A DNA stretch of 64,000 nt from an uncultured virus (IMG/VR IMGVR_UViG_3300021962_000076) (lineage: Duplodnaviria; Heunggongvirae; Uroviricota; Caudoviricetes). The notes below the pieces were generated by a model. It worked only from the letters and a program-made list of their open reading frames with translations. It was not told where the DNA came from and searched no databases. The stretch is from positions 1 to 64,000 of the IMG/VR virus record IMGVR_UViG_3300021962_000076, one strand, 5' to 3'. Shown piece after piece: positions 9,779 through 21,120 of this stretch. The translations under genes were made by a program, and so were the position numbers. Positions within the stretch are counted from its first letter, which is position 1; each line of letters begins with the position of its first letter.

Positions 9779-11545
9779 ATGGTAGTTAATGAGGATAGTA
9801 AAATAGTGTTGGGTAAAAAAAGATTTCAGAACTCATTTAATGTTACTGAATCTGAAAAGGTAACACTTTCACAAACTGCAAAAGAATTTGTGGAGTACGA
9901 TAGAGCTATTGACGTTAGTTTACCACAGATTTTTGATGATGAAAGACAACAATCTACAGTTTTTAGGCCAACAACAAAATACTCATTCATATTTAAAAAC
10001 CAATATTCTGGATCAACTAATTACCAACCATACATTGATTATTTATATTACGTAAATTTAGATTCTATTGCTATACAAACAGCATGTAATCAAAATACAA
10101 ATAATACTTGGTATGGTTATCCACAATATACTGAATTTGACCTTATAAGAAATGATAATGATAAGATTGGATACACAACAGGTGGATTAGGTAATGAACA
10201 CCAACAATTTTTAAACAAAAGCGCTACAACGTATAATTGGACTCACTATGCTAGTTACGCATATAGCAATAATCCAAACAAACAATTAACCGCAAATGAC
10301 ACACAAACATTAACAACGTGGAACTGGACCGCCGGCGATGGTATCCCATTTATTATTACCTCAAACGCAGATAGCAATATTGAATTTAGATGTCCAATGA
10401 AGCATGGATTAAAAGAAGGCGAACACGTTGAGTTATCAATAGATTATAATGGTGAAAATATTTTTACAATAGAATTTTTAGGAAATGGTGGTGATGGTAG
10501 TGAGTATTATTATTTTAATATATATAATATTGGTTACTTAGGAAATACATTTGATGTTGGAACTATTGGTACATTTAAAAGAGTTTTAGATGTTGATAAT
10601 TTAACCGAGACAACATCAAAATACTATGTTAGACAACACAAAATATTAACAAATGTTGAGGATTGTGTTTTAACAAGAACTGCTTTTGATAATAATATTT
10701 TTAGTTTAAAGACACAATACGAAAAACCAATTTATGGTGGAACCCCACTAGCCCTAGTTACCCCAACAACACTTCCTAGAACATCAATTCTTGAAGGTAG
10801 TCAAAACTATACATTGTCCTTTAATAAGGATATTGACTTATCTACTTTAATTGATAATCAAAAAAGACCAGTAACAGAGTTATTTTTTACAACAATATGG
10901 AAAGGGTATTGGGGATGGACAAACAAACTAAAACAAGGCCATGAGTTTAATACACCACTATTCTTCCAAATACCAAGTACTTGGTGGGATCAGAATAACC
11001 CACAATCAAATACAAATATACTAACACAACAATACTCATCAAATCAGTTACCAGCAGAAGGACCATTTACATATATGTCAAATTTAAACGAAGGTGATAT
11101 TATTGATGGTGATTATTGTGAGTGGAATGATTTTGAACAAAGTGAAAGAGTAATATCAAGGTATGTTAATAAAATAACATTTAATCAAAACTATTTTGTT
11201 CAAAATTTAGGAGCGCTACCAGATAATACATTTGGATATTATTATTATCCACACAACCCAATAACAATACAAGTTTATTCTAGTTATATAGAAGAATCAG
11301 ATTCTAGTATTGATTTAGAGGGTATGCCAGACTATGCGTTTTACTCAAATGCCTCAAATAGTTTTAGATGGAGAGATATATACCCTTTTGGTTTTATAGA
11401 TAATGATGGATTAGGTGTTGATTATCCATTTACAAATGGTAAACATTATCCATATACTAATACAATTTTTAGAGTATTTCCAGAAGGAATTGGACTACCA
11501 AATATAAACGAAATTGCAGACCCAACAATAGATGAGTGTGAATAA
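9779..11545 (+). CDS. Putative structural protein (baseplate/tail module)
   Basis: 588-aa ORF tightly packed within the structural operon. Confidence 0.55.
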   Translation: MVVNEDSKIVLGKKRFQNSFNVTESEKVTLSQTAKEFVEYDRAIDVSLPQIFDDERQQSTVFRPTTKYSFIFKNQYSGSTNYQPYIDYLYYVNLDSIAIQTACNQNTNNTWYGYPQYTEFDLIRNDNDKIGYTTGGLGNEHQQFLNKSATTYNWTHYASYAYSNNPNKQLTANDTQTLTTWNWTAGDGIPFIITSNADSNIEFRCPMKHGLKEGEHVELSIDYNGENIFTIEFLGNGGDGSEYYYFNIYNIGYLGNTFDVGTIGTFKRVLDVDNLTETTSKYYVRQHKILTNVEDCVLTRTAFDNNIFSLKTQYEKPIYGGTPLALVTPTTLPRTSILEGSQNYTLSFNKDIDLSTLIDNQKRPVTELFFTTIWKGYWGWTNKLKQGHEFNTPLFFQIPSTWWDQNNPQSNTNILTQQYSSNQLPAEGPFTYMSNLNEGDIIDGDYCEWNDFEQSERVISRYVNKITFNQNYFVQNLGALPDNTFGYYYYPHNPITIQVYSSYIEESDSSIDLEGMPDYAFYSNASNSFRWRDIYPFGFIDNDGLGVDYPFTNGKHYPYTNTIFRVFPEGIGLPNINEIADPTIDECE

Positions 11546-12344
11546 GTATAAAATAACATTACCAAGTATTAATAAACAATTGGACATCCCAATTGAGATT
11601 AAATGGGATTTTACAGAACGAGATCAAGCAATTGATTCATACCAAGGTACTATAGTTGAGGATGTTATTGGTAAACCAATTGATTTTGAATTATCTAGAT
11701 TCCCACATAAAGAGTACTATTCAGACTCTTTAAATCAACTTATAACCAAAATAAATTACGAATTTTACTTTTTTAATACTGGGCAGACAATATCCAATCA
11801 AGCATCCTGGGTGAATACTTATACAGTATTAGGCTTCTCAAATAAAGATATTTATTCATATATAAAACCATTCACCAAATCTTTCTTTAAGTTAGATTTT
11901 TATGATACTAAAAATGAACTATCACAAAAAAATTATTTTACAATAATACTACCAGTACAACAGGGATATTTTGAAACTGTGGATATTAGTAATTACTTAA
12001 CAAACGTAGAAATACGAAAACCTAAATTTGGTTTAGATTATGTTGGTGATAAAGAAGGATTTTTTATTTATTGGTTAAGAAAAAAAGACTATATAGATCT
12101 TAGTGAATTTTATATGAGTGCTAAGTTTTTTAATGCAAGAACTGGACAGTTTATCACAATGATGAATAAATCACAAGCAACACTTGGAGGTAATTATAAT
12201 ACATTTAATGGTGAGGATTATCTATATTATAAAGTTAATATAGATTATAATGATATATCATATATTGTTAGTGATACACAAAATATGACTAGAGTTGGTG
12301 ACGACATAAACCCAATACAATGGTATCAATACGTTAATCCATAA
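11532..12344 (+). CDS. Putative structural protein
   Basis: 270-aa ORF overlapping both neighbours. Confidence 0.5.
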   Translation: MSVNKYKITLPSINKQLDIPIEIKWDFTERDQAIDSYQGTIVEDVIGKPIDFELSRFPHKEYYSDSLNQLITKINYEFYFFNTGQTISNQASWVNTYTVLGFSNKDIYSYIKPFTKSFFKLDFYDTKNELSQKNYFTIILPVQQGYFETVDISNYLTNVEIRKPKFGLDYVGDKEGFFIYWLRKKDYIDLSEFYMSAKFFNARTGQFITMMNKSQATLGGNYNTFNGEDYLYYKVNIDYNDISYIVSDTQNMTRVGDDINPIQWYQYVNP

Positions 12345-13516
12345 TGCAAGAACAAAGATATTATTTTAGGATTTCACCAGAAAATATAAAAGGAGATATT
12401 ATTAATGTACCATATACTGGAGAAACAGATATTTCGGTTTTAATTGATCCATGTTGTCCAATAACTGCAACAACTATAAATACGTTAACAGGTACAACTG
12501 GTGTTTATGTACCAATGCCATCAATATTAAGTGGAGGGACACATGGTGAATCATTATTAACTTGTCTTACATTACCATTATTATTTACCGAAAACACAAA
12601 TGATTTGGGGTATTATACGCCATTTGATGGTGCAATTTATCAAAAAGATTTGGTAAATAACTTTGTGACATCAGCGACAACCTCATCACCATACGAGGTT
12701 ATTTTTTATAACACATCACAAACTAATTTTAAGAAATTTTTATCAATAAATACCTTTGTTGTTGATTGGGGAGACAATTCACCAGAAACGACAATAACAA
12801 GTTATACTCCAGTAACACATACCTATCCAATTGCAAACACAAATTACACAATAACTATGAAAAGTTATTCACCATGGGGTGTGTCAACAGTAAAAAAGGA
12901 AGTGATTGTACCATTTACTGGAACAACAATACCAAACCCAAATGGAACTGCATATTTTACTTCAGCGGGTTGTTATTGGAGTGGTACGCCAATAAGTTAT
13001 GACTACTTATTTACTGGTGATTCAAATACAAATATTTCAGATTATAATTCAAGCGGATATACAACAACACCATTCCTTATAACTGGATATACTAAAAGCT
13101 CATTAAGTGATTTAGCACAATATGGACCAAAATATAATTTATTTGGCGGGAAATACAAATTAAATGTACCAGTGACTGGAACATCAGGTGATTATGGAAT
13201 TGTATATGGTCCAGATCCATCTAATACATATACCGCATATACAATAAATGATATTTTGTATTGGGATATAAACGATGGTACTACAATATATTTTTTAACA
13301 TCAGATGGTATTGTTGATAGTAATTACACATTATCCGCATTAACCAAAAATGAGGCATTACTAAACGTTATTGACGAACCACAAATACAGTCAAATCTTT
13401 TTGTTGAGAGAGGTAAGATTTCTGGTTTAGAGGCAATACAAAGACTAGGAGAAGTCGATAATTTAGGAGATATTACTAAATATGGTTATGGATACTTTAA
13501 TGTCAAAAAATATTAA
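12344..13516 (+). CDS. Putative structural protein with a PKD/Ig-like domain
   Basis: VVDWGDNS..THTY is a PKD-like motif; Thr/Gly-rich. Confidence 0.55.
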   Translation: MQEQRYYFRISPENIKGDIINVPYTGETDISVLIDPCCPITATTINTLTGTTGVYVPMPSILSGGTHGESLLTCLTLPLLFTENTNDLGYYTPFDGAIYQKDLVNNFVTSATTSSPYEVIFYNTSQTNFKKFLSINTFVVDWGDNSPETTITSYTPVTHTYPIANTNYTITMKSYSPWGVSTVKKEVIVPFTGTTIPNPNGTAYFTSAGCYWSGTPISYDYLFTGDSNTNISDYNSSGYTTTPFLITGYTKSSLSDLAQYGPKYNLFGGKYKLNVPVTGTSGDYGIVYGPDPSNTYTAYTINDILYWDINDGTTIYFLTSDGIVDSNYTLSALTKNEALLNVIDEPQIQSNLFVERGKISGLEAIQRLGEVDNLGDITKYGYGYFNVKKY

Positions 13517-13561
13517 ATATACTATTTATAAAAATAGATAAACTTAAATAATTAACTAGAC

Positions 13562-14470
13562 GTGGCAACAGGAACTTATGGAACTATTAGACCAGCAGAT
13601 GTTAGCCCAGATGATGTTGAAATCATATTAAATTACACACCATCTAGGGATGACACACAAAATTTTTTATTAACAAAACTAAACTCAAAAGAAGTTTTGA
13701 AACCATATTTTCATAATTCTAATACTGGTGGAAATGCTAATGTTGAAATTTTAGGTGGTCTATACAATTTAAAACTACCAGCTGATGTTTTTAATAGATT
13801 GGGAATATACACCCTATACATTAGACCAGCTGAAATTAGAACTAAAATAACTGATTGTGGCGTTTTATCAGCACTCCCAAATGTAAATGGGATTGTGATT
13901 GATATAAATGGAGTACCACCACAATTTAGAAATAAATTTGTAAATCAAGGACTAATTGGTTTTAGAGTTGAGTACTTAAATGATAATGGAACTAAAATAC
14001 CTAATTTCTTTAGGTTAATAACATCTTCTTTTTATTGTGAACCAGTATATCAAAACCTAACAAATACGTCACAAAAAGTTATTAGATACCGGTATGTTGA
14101 AAATGCAACAAATCTAATATTTTGTACACTATCACCATCAACATCGCCAACCAACAAACCAAGTGCGATACCATTCATTGGACAACCAAACCAAAATATA
14201 ATAATAACAAATACATTCTTTAATCCAATAACAACAGAGGTTGAGATTGTTGAACATGACGTATCAACATTAGCAATTGCTCTATATGGTAATCAAACCA
14301 AATCAATGGATGATGGGATTTACACAATTTACGATAACCAAAATAATATATATAAACAATACAATCTATTTGAAATTCGAGATCAATTTAACAATCTATT
14401 ATACGAAGTTAGACAAGATCGAGGAACAAATATTGATTTTAGTAAAGCATTTAATAACATAGTCGGATAA
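13562..14470 (+). CDS. Putative structural protein
   Basis: 302-aa ORF with a GTG start, preceded by TATTTATA and coupled to the next gene. Confidence 0.55.
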   Translation: MATGTYGTIRPADVSPDDVEIILNYTPSRDDTQNFLLTKLNSKEVLKPYFHNSNTGGNANVEILGGLYNLKLPADVFNRLGIYTLYIRPAEIRTKITDCGVLSALPNVNGIVIDINGVPPQFRNKFVNQGLIGFRVEYLNDNGTKIPNFFRLITSSFYCEPVYQNLTNTSQKVIRYRYVENATNLIFCTLSPSTSPTNKPSAIPFIGQPNQNIIITNTFFNPITTEVEIVEHDVSTLAIALYGNQTKSMDDGIYTIYDNQNNIYKQYNLFEIRDQFNNLLYEVRQDRGTNIDFSKAFNNIVG

Positions 14471-17466
14471 TGGCAAATAAATTTACTTGTCCACCACAAG
14501 CCTCAGGTCAGGGGTCGTTTTCAGACAATCTAGTTGGATTCCAACTAGTTGATGGAGGGGGTTTTACACAAGGTAATTTTGAATTTACAACAGCTATTAG
14601 CGAAAAGCAGGATAGAAATTTTATTATTGGAACATTTTCAGACCCAATATCATTGGATAGTATGAATGTTACCAACATTGAGGAGTCTAGATTTCTAGTT
14701 GCAAAAAATTTCCAAATATACCCAAATTATGATTTAACAAATGTTACAAACTTTACACAATATGGGTCATTATCACTTAGGTTTTCAAACTCAATAACTA
14801 GAATTATAAATTATTTTCCTGCGGCATTAGACGTACAAAAAATTAGATCTAATTTTAGTGTTGGTAATACAGCCGAAAATATAACCTATGACCCAATAGA
14901 TAATGAGACAAAAATTGATATACCATTATTATCTATAAAAAACCCATTAGGGATTGATTATTCAGCAAACGCGGAAAATAATGTAAATGCCTTAGAAATC
15001 ACAGTATCAAATCTAAGGAATTTTAAAAATAATTTCCAAAAGTATGCGGTATATATTGACGAAGAACCATTTTCAATAAATGACATTGTACCAACAACAT
15101 TAGATAGTACTCATTTAAGATTATACATCAATGGTAATCCATTCCCAAACCAAACAACATCAGAAAAGAATTTCCTAATAAGACCAAATGATATGTATGT
15201 CAACAAAGTCTTTAATGATAATTTTGATGGTGTTGAAAATTTCTTATTAAATAGAAATATTACACCAAAATACATGGCATATTTTAATGTCCCTAAATTA
15301 CAAGAAGATGGTAATTATATTTTTACTTACGACTCTGCGGCATTTCCATTAGATGGTAATTGGAATTTAGATATTAGAACAAATGCTTTTAATCAATACC
15401 TAGATAAATTAAATAATTTTGCAATTAATTTTGATGAATATAAAACAAACTTAATATCTAGATTTTTAACAACCGCATCATTAAAAGAATTCGATACCGC
15501 GGATAAAAAAGTTGAGAAGATGTTACAGATATATGGTAGAAGTTTTGACAACACCAAAACTTTTATTGATGCACTTAGCATGATGAATTCTGTAAATTAT
15601 AATGTTAAAAACGATATACCATCTCAGTTACTAACCAATTTAGCACAAACACTAGGTTGGAAAACAAATATATCGCCAATAACAGAAGATGAATTACTTA
15701 ATTCTTTATTTAAATCAGAAGATAATACATTTACTGGCGTCTCACAAGGTAAAACACCAGATGAATTAAATTACCAGTACTATAGAAATCTAATTTTAAA
15801 TTCAGCATTTCTATTTAAATCTAAAGGTACTAGAAAATCAATTGAAATTTTATTAAGACTTATTGGCGCTCCAGATTTTTTAGTTGATTTTAATGAATAT
15901 ATCTACATAGCAGACCAAAAAATTAATATATCAGAGTTTAACACAAAATACGCCCAAATATCGGGAGGAACCTACGTTAGTCAAACACCAGTGTTAGACC
16001 CAACAGATACCTTCTCAATTATGGGAGTGCAATATACTGGAACCACGTATCAAACAACAACAACAGATATTAGTGTGACCAACATAGACTACCCAATTGA
16101 TAGCTTTGGATGTCCTAGTATGCCAGTTGAGAGTGAATCATATTTCTTCCAAATAGGTGGGGGTTGGTTTGAATCAACACCACAACATAGAATGCCAGAA
16201 CAAGTTGATTTAACAACAAGTGTTTTTACTGGATCAAATCCAAATTATCAAACAACGTTAAAACCATTCAATTATGGTGATGAATATCTAGAAAGATATA
16301 GAAATTTCCCATTTATGGATATGGGCTTTAGATTGAGAAGGGTTATTGATAACAAAAAAAGCTGGACTGATAAAGAAATTAATTTAAGAAATTCATCAGA
16401 TGGGAACTTTAATGCGTATTATAATATTGGAGAAGAGTGTTTAGCAATTAACGTTAAAAATGTTGATATTATGCTAAACCCAAGTTTCGGTCTATTATAT
16501 GATGTTTATACAATGTCAAGAACGTACAACTACCCAATACCAAATGAAGGGCTTCAATACGTCAAACCAACATACTGTAATCCAGACCCTATTAATAATT
16601 ACCCAAGAAGGGGTGGTATTGATTGGACTGAAATAATACCAAAACCAAAAGAAAAAACCTTCTTTGAGTTTGCACAGACTTTTTGGAGAAATATGATAAA
16701 TGTTAGAAATAGACAATTTATCACAGACGGAAAAACTGGAGGATACCCAACATTACAATCAATTTATTGGAAATATTTAGAATCAGATCAAGCGATTAAT
16801 ATACCAAATGATAATTTTACATATCGTACTATGATTGATTATGTAAATAAATTAGGCGACTATTGGGTTAGATTAATTGAACAAATGGTTCCAGCAACAA
16901 CGATATGGAACACTGGTGTTAGGTTAGAAAACTCAATATTTCATAGACAAAAATTTGTATGGAGAAGACAATTTGGTTGTAAGATTATACCAATACCTTG
17001 CAAACCTTGTGAATTAACAACACAATTATTTGCTTACGATTGTACATTACAAGAAATTACACATTGGTTATACCCATGGAATTATAATCCAAATATCGTA
17101 TCATTTGGTACTATATTAACTGAAACATTAAACACGTATTTAAGTAATCTTGGAATTACATTAAATCAATGTATTTTAAATACCCTAAACTCACAATGGT
17201 ATGTTGAAATTAAATTAAATGGAAATATTATAGCTCTTGAACAATTTGCGGAAACAAATGGATATGTACAGACACCAACAAATCAAGAGTGGGTTGATGG
17301 TGTAGCTAACGCCCTACAAACATTAGAAACTAGTGGTATTTATTATGCAATTGACTTAGATAACGAAACAATTATTATATATAATAATAACTGTGTACCA
17401 TACCAATATGACGATGAATTTGAAATCAACGTTGGGATAAACTTTAATATATTATGTAATCAATAA
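14470..17466 (+). CDS. Putative baseplate wedge protein (P2 gpI / T4 gp7-like segment)
   Basis: LLTNLAQTLGW...LFKSKGTRKSIEILLRLIG resembles the KGT motif of the phage tail protein I family. Confidence 0.55.
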   Translation: MANKFTCPPQASGQGSFSDNLVGFQLVDGGGFTQGNFEFTTAISEKQDRNFIIGTFSDPISLDSMNVTNIEESRFLVAKNFQIYPNYDLTNVTNFTQYGSLSLRFSNSITRIINYFPAALDVQKIRSNFSVGNTAENITYDPIDNETKIDIPLLSIKNPLGIDYSANAENNVNALEITVSNLRNFKNNFQKYAVYIDEEPFSINDIVPTTLDSTHLRLYINGNPFPNQTTSEKNFLIRPNDMYVNKVFNDNFDGVENFLLNRNITPKYMAYFNVPKLQEDGNYIFTYDSAAFPLDGNWNLDIRTNAFNQYLDKLNNFAINFDEYKTNLISRFLTTASLKEFDTADKKVEKMLQIYGRSFDNTKTFIDALSMMNSVNYNVKNDIPSQLLTNLAQTLGWKTNISPITEDELLNSLFKSEDNTFTGVSQGKTPDELNYQYYRNLILNSAFLFKSKGTRKSIEILLRLIGAPDFLVDFNEYIYIADQKINISEFNTKYAQISGGTYVSQTPVLDPTDTFSIMGVQYTGTTYQTTTTDISVTNIDYPIDSFGCPSMPVESESYFFQIGGGWFESTPQHRMPEQVDLTTSVFTGSNPNYQTTLKPFNYGDEYLERYRNFPFMDMGFRLRRVIDNKKSWTDKEINLRNSSDGNFNAYYNIGEECLAINVKNVDIMLNPSFGLLYDVYTMSRTYNYPIPNEGLQYVKPTYCNPDPINNYPRRGGIDWTEIIPKPKEKTFFEFAQTFWRNMINVRNRQFITDGKTGGYPTLQSIYWKYLESDQAINIPNDNFTYRTMIDYVNKLGDYWVRLIEQMVPATTIWNTGVRLENSIFHRQKFVWRRQFGCKIIPIPCKPCELTTQLFAYDCTLQEITHWLYPWNYNPNIVSFGTILTETLNTYLSNLGITLNQCILNTLNSQWYVEIKLNGNIIALEQFAETNGYVQTPTNQEWVDGVANALQTLETSGIYYAIDLDNETIIIYNNNCVPYQYDDEFEINVGINFNILCNQ

Positions 17467-19697
17467 TGTCATTTCCTTTAGAAATATTAAATTTATCAAT
17501 AACTGGTGATTGTTCATTAGTTAGTGGCGGGTCAATTAACCTTTTATTTACTGGTGGGACAGCACCATTGGCGGTTTATGAAGCACCAATAACAACTGGA
17601 TTATTACCCACTTCAGGTTATACATCATTTGATTACACCCTTTATCAAGCTAGTGGATTACCACCCGGTGAATATTTTTTAACTATAGCAGATTCTTCAG
17701 CCTCAATCCCCGATATTGTTATACCATTCAATATTTCATCTGGAAGTACAGTACTAATAGATGCTGAAAATACAACTTGTGGTTTTAATAATGGATCAAT
17801 AACCGCATCAACTAGCAGTAATTTTGGACAAGTAACACTTAGTTTATATAATTCATTAGACAATTTAGTTGAAACACAAATAGCACCATACCCAACTTCA
17901 ACAGCATATTTTACAAATTTATCTGCTGATACATATTATGTTATTGGTGATGATGGTGGTGGCTGCACAGGACAAAGTGCTTCAGTTGTAATATTACCAT
18001 CAACAAGCTTTAATTATGGTGCTTATATTGTAAATGACTCAAGTTGTGTATCAACTGAAGGACAAGGAAAGATAATAATAACAGGTCTTACAACACCAAC
18101 AAGTGCGTATACAATAAATTGGATTAGTGATGTTAATGGTCAAACAGGAACAACAGTAACAGGATTAACACAAGGACTATATACTGTAGAAATAACAAAT
18201 CCTATTGGTTGTACCAATCAACAAGCATTTTTTGTTGACTTAGTACCATTAGTTGGAATTGGCTCTTTAATTGTAACCCAACCCCCAAGCTGTTTTACAA
18301 GTGATGGTGAAGTAACTGTTGTTGTTACTGGTGGTACGGCTCCATATTTTTATGTTGGGTCAAATGGGGATACATTTGTTAATTTTAGCACATCACAAAC
18401 ATTTACGAATTTACCAGGAGGTTTATTTACTGTGACAGTCACAGACGCTGGACTTTGTAGTGCTTCACAATCGGTACTATTAAATACACCAAATAGTTTT
18501 GGTGGAATTACAATACAAACAACAAACTCAACTTGTAGTAACAATAATGGTCAAGTCTCGATTAGTTTAGGATTTGCAGCACCAGGGTCTTATAATTATA
18601 GTATATCTGGTATTAGCGGATCACTATTTTTTCAAGAAAATGGGGTGGGGACACAAACGACATTCCCAAACCTAACATCAGATGATTATATAATAACAAT
18701 TGACAATGGTAGTGGATGTATTTTTACCGGAACAACAACCATTAGTAATTTAGATAAATTTACAATAGGGACTACAATTAGTGGAACTACTTGTGGTAGC
18801 AATAATGGAGAATTATTAGTTAGCTTATCTTCTGGTACAACAGGTAGTATCGCAACAACACCAGTGTTATATAACTTACAAGGACCATTACCTTCACTAT
18901 CAAATACAACACAACCTATTGGGTATTTCCCAAATTTACAAGAAGGGACATACCAATTAACAGTGACAGACTATAGTGGTTGTTCACAAATTGAAACAGT
19001 TTTTATTGACCCATCTAGCGCTGTTGATTTTATTTTAGTTGGTACAAACCCATTTACTGGTTATGATGGTGAAATTACGACTTTAATTACAAATGGGGTC
19101 CCACCATTTACATTAGTTTGGTCTGGAGATGTTATGGGGCAAACAGGCACAACAATAACTGGTTTAACATCAGGAACATACGAACTAACAGTTATAGATA
19201 GTGAAGGATGTTATAGAACTAGATCAATAACATTAAATGGTACTATATTAGTTGGTGGATATGAATCATACGTTGTATCAACAGAAACTTTTTCAGACAC
19301 AGATTCAGTTAGTAAACGAGGTATACTACAAATGTATAACGAAGGATTTTCTGATTTAACTAGTGGTGATACAAATTGTATTGTAACTGGTGCAACATTT
19401 ACATTAGATGTTATAGTTGGGTCTGAGTCGAAACAAAACTTATTTTATACATCGACAGGTTTAACAGACTATCCATCTGATTATTTGTGGAGTGAAGCAA
19501 TTAAAGAAACTTTAAATGAATTTGTTGGTATTGGAGAAGTTATTATAGATTTTAATACAAATAGTATTAAAATAACAAATGATTGTGATGAAATTAAAAA
19601 AGATTGTAAAAGGGAGACATATAATCTATTAAACGATGAGAAAATCATAATAAATTTAATTATTGATTATGACATTGCTTGTGTAGAATGTGCTTAA
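17466..19697 (+). CDS. SprB-repeat virion/adhesin protein
   Basis: Repeated GGTAPY / GLxxGxYxVTVTDxxGC units typical of Bacteroidota SprB repeats. Confidence 0.75.
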   Translation: MSFPLEILNLSITGDCSLVSGGSINLLFTGGTAPLAVYEAPITTGLLPTSGYTSFDYTLYQASGLPPGEYFLTIADSSASIPDIVIPFNISSGSTVLIDAENTTCGFNNGSITASTSSNFGQVTLSLYNSLDNLVETQIAPYPTSTAYFTNLSADTYYVIGDDGGGCTGQSASVVILPSTSFNYGAYIVNDSSCVSTEGQGKIIITGLTTPTSAYTINWISDVNGQTGTTVTGLTQGLYTVEITNPIGCTNQQAFFVDLVPLVGIGSLIVTQPPSCFTSDGEVTVVVTGGTAPYFYVGSNGDTFVNFSTSQTFTNLPGGLFTVTVTDAGLCSASQSVLLNTPNSFGGITIQTTNSTCSNNNGQVSISLGFAAPGSYNYSISGISGSLFFQENGVGTQTTFPNLTSDDYIITIDNGSGCIFTGTTTISNLDKFTIGTTISGTTCGSNNGELLVSLSSGTTGSIATTPVLYNLQGPLPSLSNTTQPIGYFPNLQEGTYQLTVTDYSGCSQIETVFIDPSSAVDFILVGTNPFTGYDGEITTLITNGVPPFTLVWSGDVMGQTGTTITGLTSGTYELTVIDSEGCYRTRSITLNGTILVGGYESYVVSTETFSDTDSVSKRGILQMYNEGFSDLTSGDTNCIVTGATFTLDVIVGSESKQNLFYTSTGLTDYPSDYLWSEAIKETLNEFVGIGEVIIDFNTNSIKITNDCDEIKKDCKRETYNLLNDEKIIINLIIDYDIACVECA

Positions 19698-19706
19698 TAT
19701 ATTTTT

Positions 19707-20003
19707 ATGAGTGAAATAACAATAAATACCATTTCAGGACTAACACCACCATATAGTGTTTATGTGTGTAATGTTTATGGCGTTTATTGTGAATTTATAG
19801 GAGTTACAACAACAACACCAACAACAATAGTATTACCACCAGCTTTTGATTCAGCACCAATTGTGGGGATTAAAATAATTGATAGTACTGGTTGCGAGAG
19901 ATTTAAACTAGTTGAATGTCTTGATTTATCACTAGACGAAAAAGAATTCCAAAATGGAGACACATTTTATTTTATGGATTATGAAATATATCAATTCCAA
20001 TAA
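19707..20003 (+). CDS. Small Cys-containing Ig-like structural protein; paralog of 28650..28871
   Basis: Shared pattern IxISGxTP.VYVC....C....IID...CE. Confidence 0.55.
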   Translation: MSEITINTISGLTPPYSVYVCNVYGVYCEFIGVTTTTPTTIVLPPAFDSAPIVGIKIIDSTGCERFKLVECLDLSLDEKEFQNGDTFYFMDYEIYQFQ

Positions 20004-20033
20004 CTTAGATTATTGTATTTATAATTAAAAAAG

Positions 20034-20972
20034 ATGGCGTTATTAACAGATAGAACTTTAGCAACAGGCGTAACATTACAAGATTTAATACACATTGTAA
20101 TTCCAACAGATATTTCACAAAATCCAGCTGGATCATCATATAAAGCAACAATACAACAAATTGGGGACGCATTAAGTGGAAGTAGTTATTGGACTTCAGG
20201 GTCAACTGGGAATTATTCAGTTAAAACAATTAATGACAGTGGATTAGATGCTATAGGTGAATATTCAGTAGCAAGTGGTTATTTAACAACGGCAAGTGGT
20301 GATTATTCTTATGCGGAAGGAGTCGAAACAATAGCGTCAGCACCAATTTCGCATGCCGAGGGATATCAAACAATAGCTAGTGGCACAGCGTCTCATGCTG
20401 AGGGTGTGTTAACGATTGCCAGTGGTCAAACAGCCCACTCTGAGGGTTATAATACAATTGCTGGTGGTGTAGCAGCCCACTCTGAGGGTGGTTATAATCT
20501 AGCTTCTGGTGACTTTTCGCATGCTGAGGGTCATGAAACAAAAGCTTCTGGTTATTCTTCACATACTGAGGGTGATAATACTAGTGCTTCTGGTGATTAT
20601 TCTCACGCTGAAGGTAGATATACATATGCTAATGGTATGACATCACATGCTGAGGGTTCTGGTACCACTGCTAATGGTGCGGCAACACATTCTGGTGGGT
20701 TTAATACTAGCGCATTGGGGGACTATTCCTTTATACATTCAAATAATTCAATAGTAACTGGTGATAGAAGTGTTGTTTTGGGTGGTCAGGGTATAACTGG
20801 TACAACAAGTGATACTGTTTATGTTCCAGATTTTGTAATTAAAAAAACCGCATCTGTACCAACTAGCTCTGCTGATGCTGTTGGTGAAAATGGTTCCATT
20901 ACTTGGGATAATACTTATTTTTATTGGAAGGCAAATGGGCAATGGCTTAGAGTTTCTGGGTCAACATTTTAA
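20034..20972 (+). CDS. Fibre/adhesin with YadA-head-like 14-aa repeats
   Basis: Tandem ASGxxSHAEGxxTx repeats; C-terminal GSITWDNTYFYW cap typical of phage fibres. Confidence 0.75.
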   Translation: MALLTDRTLATGVTLQDLIHIVIPTDISQNPAGSSYKATIQQIGDALSGSSYWTSGSTGNYSVKTINDSGLDAIGEYSVASGYLTTASGDYSYAEGVETIASAPISHAEGYQTIASGTASHAEGVLTIASGQTAHSEGYNTIAGGVAAHSEGGYNLASGDFSHAEGHETKASGYSSHTEGDNTSASGDYSHAEGRYTYANGMTSHAEGSGTTANGAATHSGGFNTSALGDYSFIHSNNSIVTGDRSVVLGGQGITGTTSDTVYVPDFVIKKTASVPTSSADAVGENGSITWDNTYFYWKANGQWLRVSGSTF

Positions 20973-21120
20973 TAATATATTAAAAATTTAACTAATCACA
21001 AAATAAAGATTTACACTTTTTCTAAAATCAAACTATCTATATTTATTTGGTATTTTTAACAAAAAAAATGTATTCATTATTTTAACATTTAAATTATATT
21101 TAAAAATATAATATTAAAGA

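Noticed and set aside
20270..20740. 42-nt periodic repeats as a CRISPR array or DGR template
   Set aside because: They encode 14-aa SHAEG repeats with synonymous variation, and there is no reverse transcriptase in the window.
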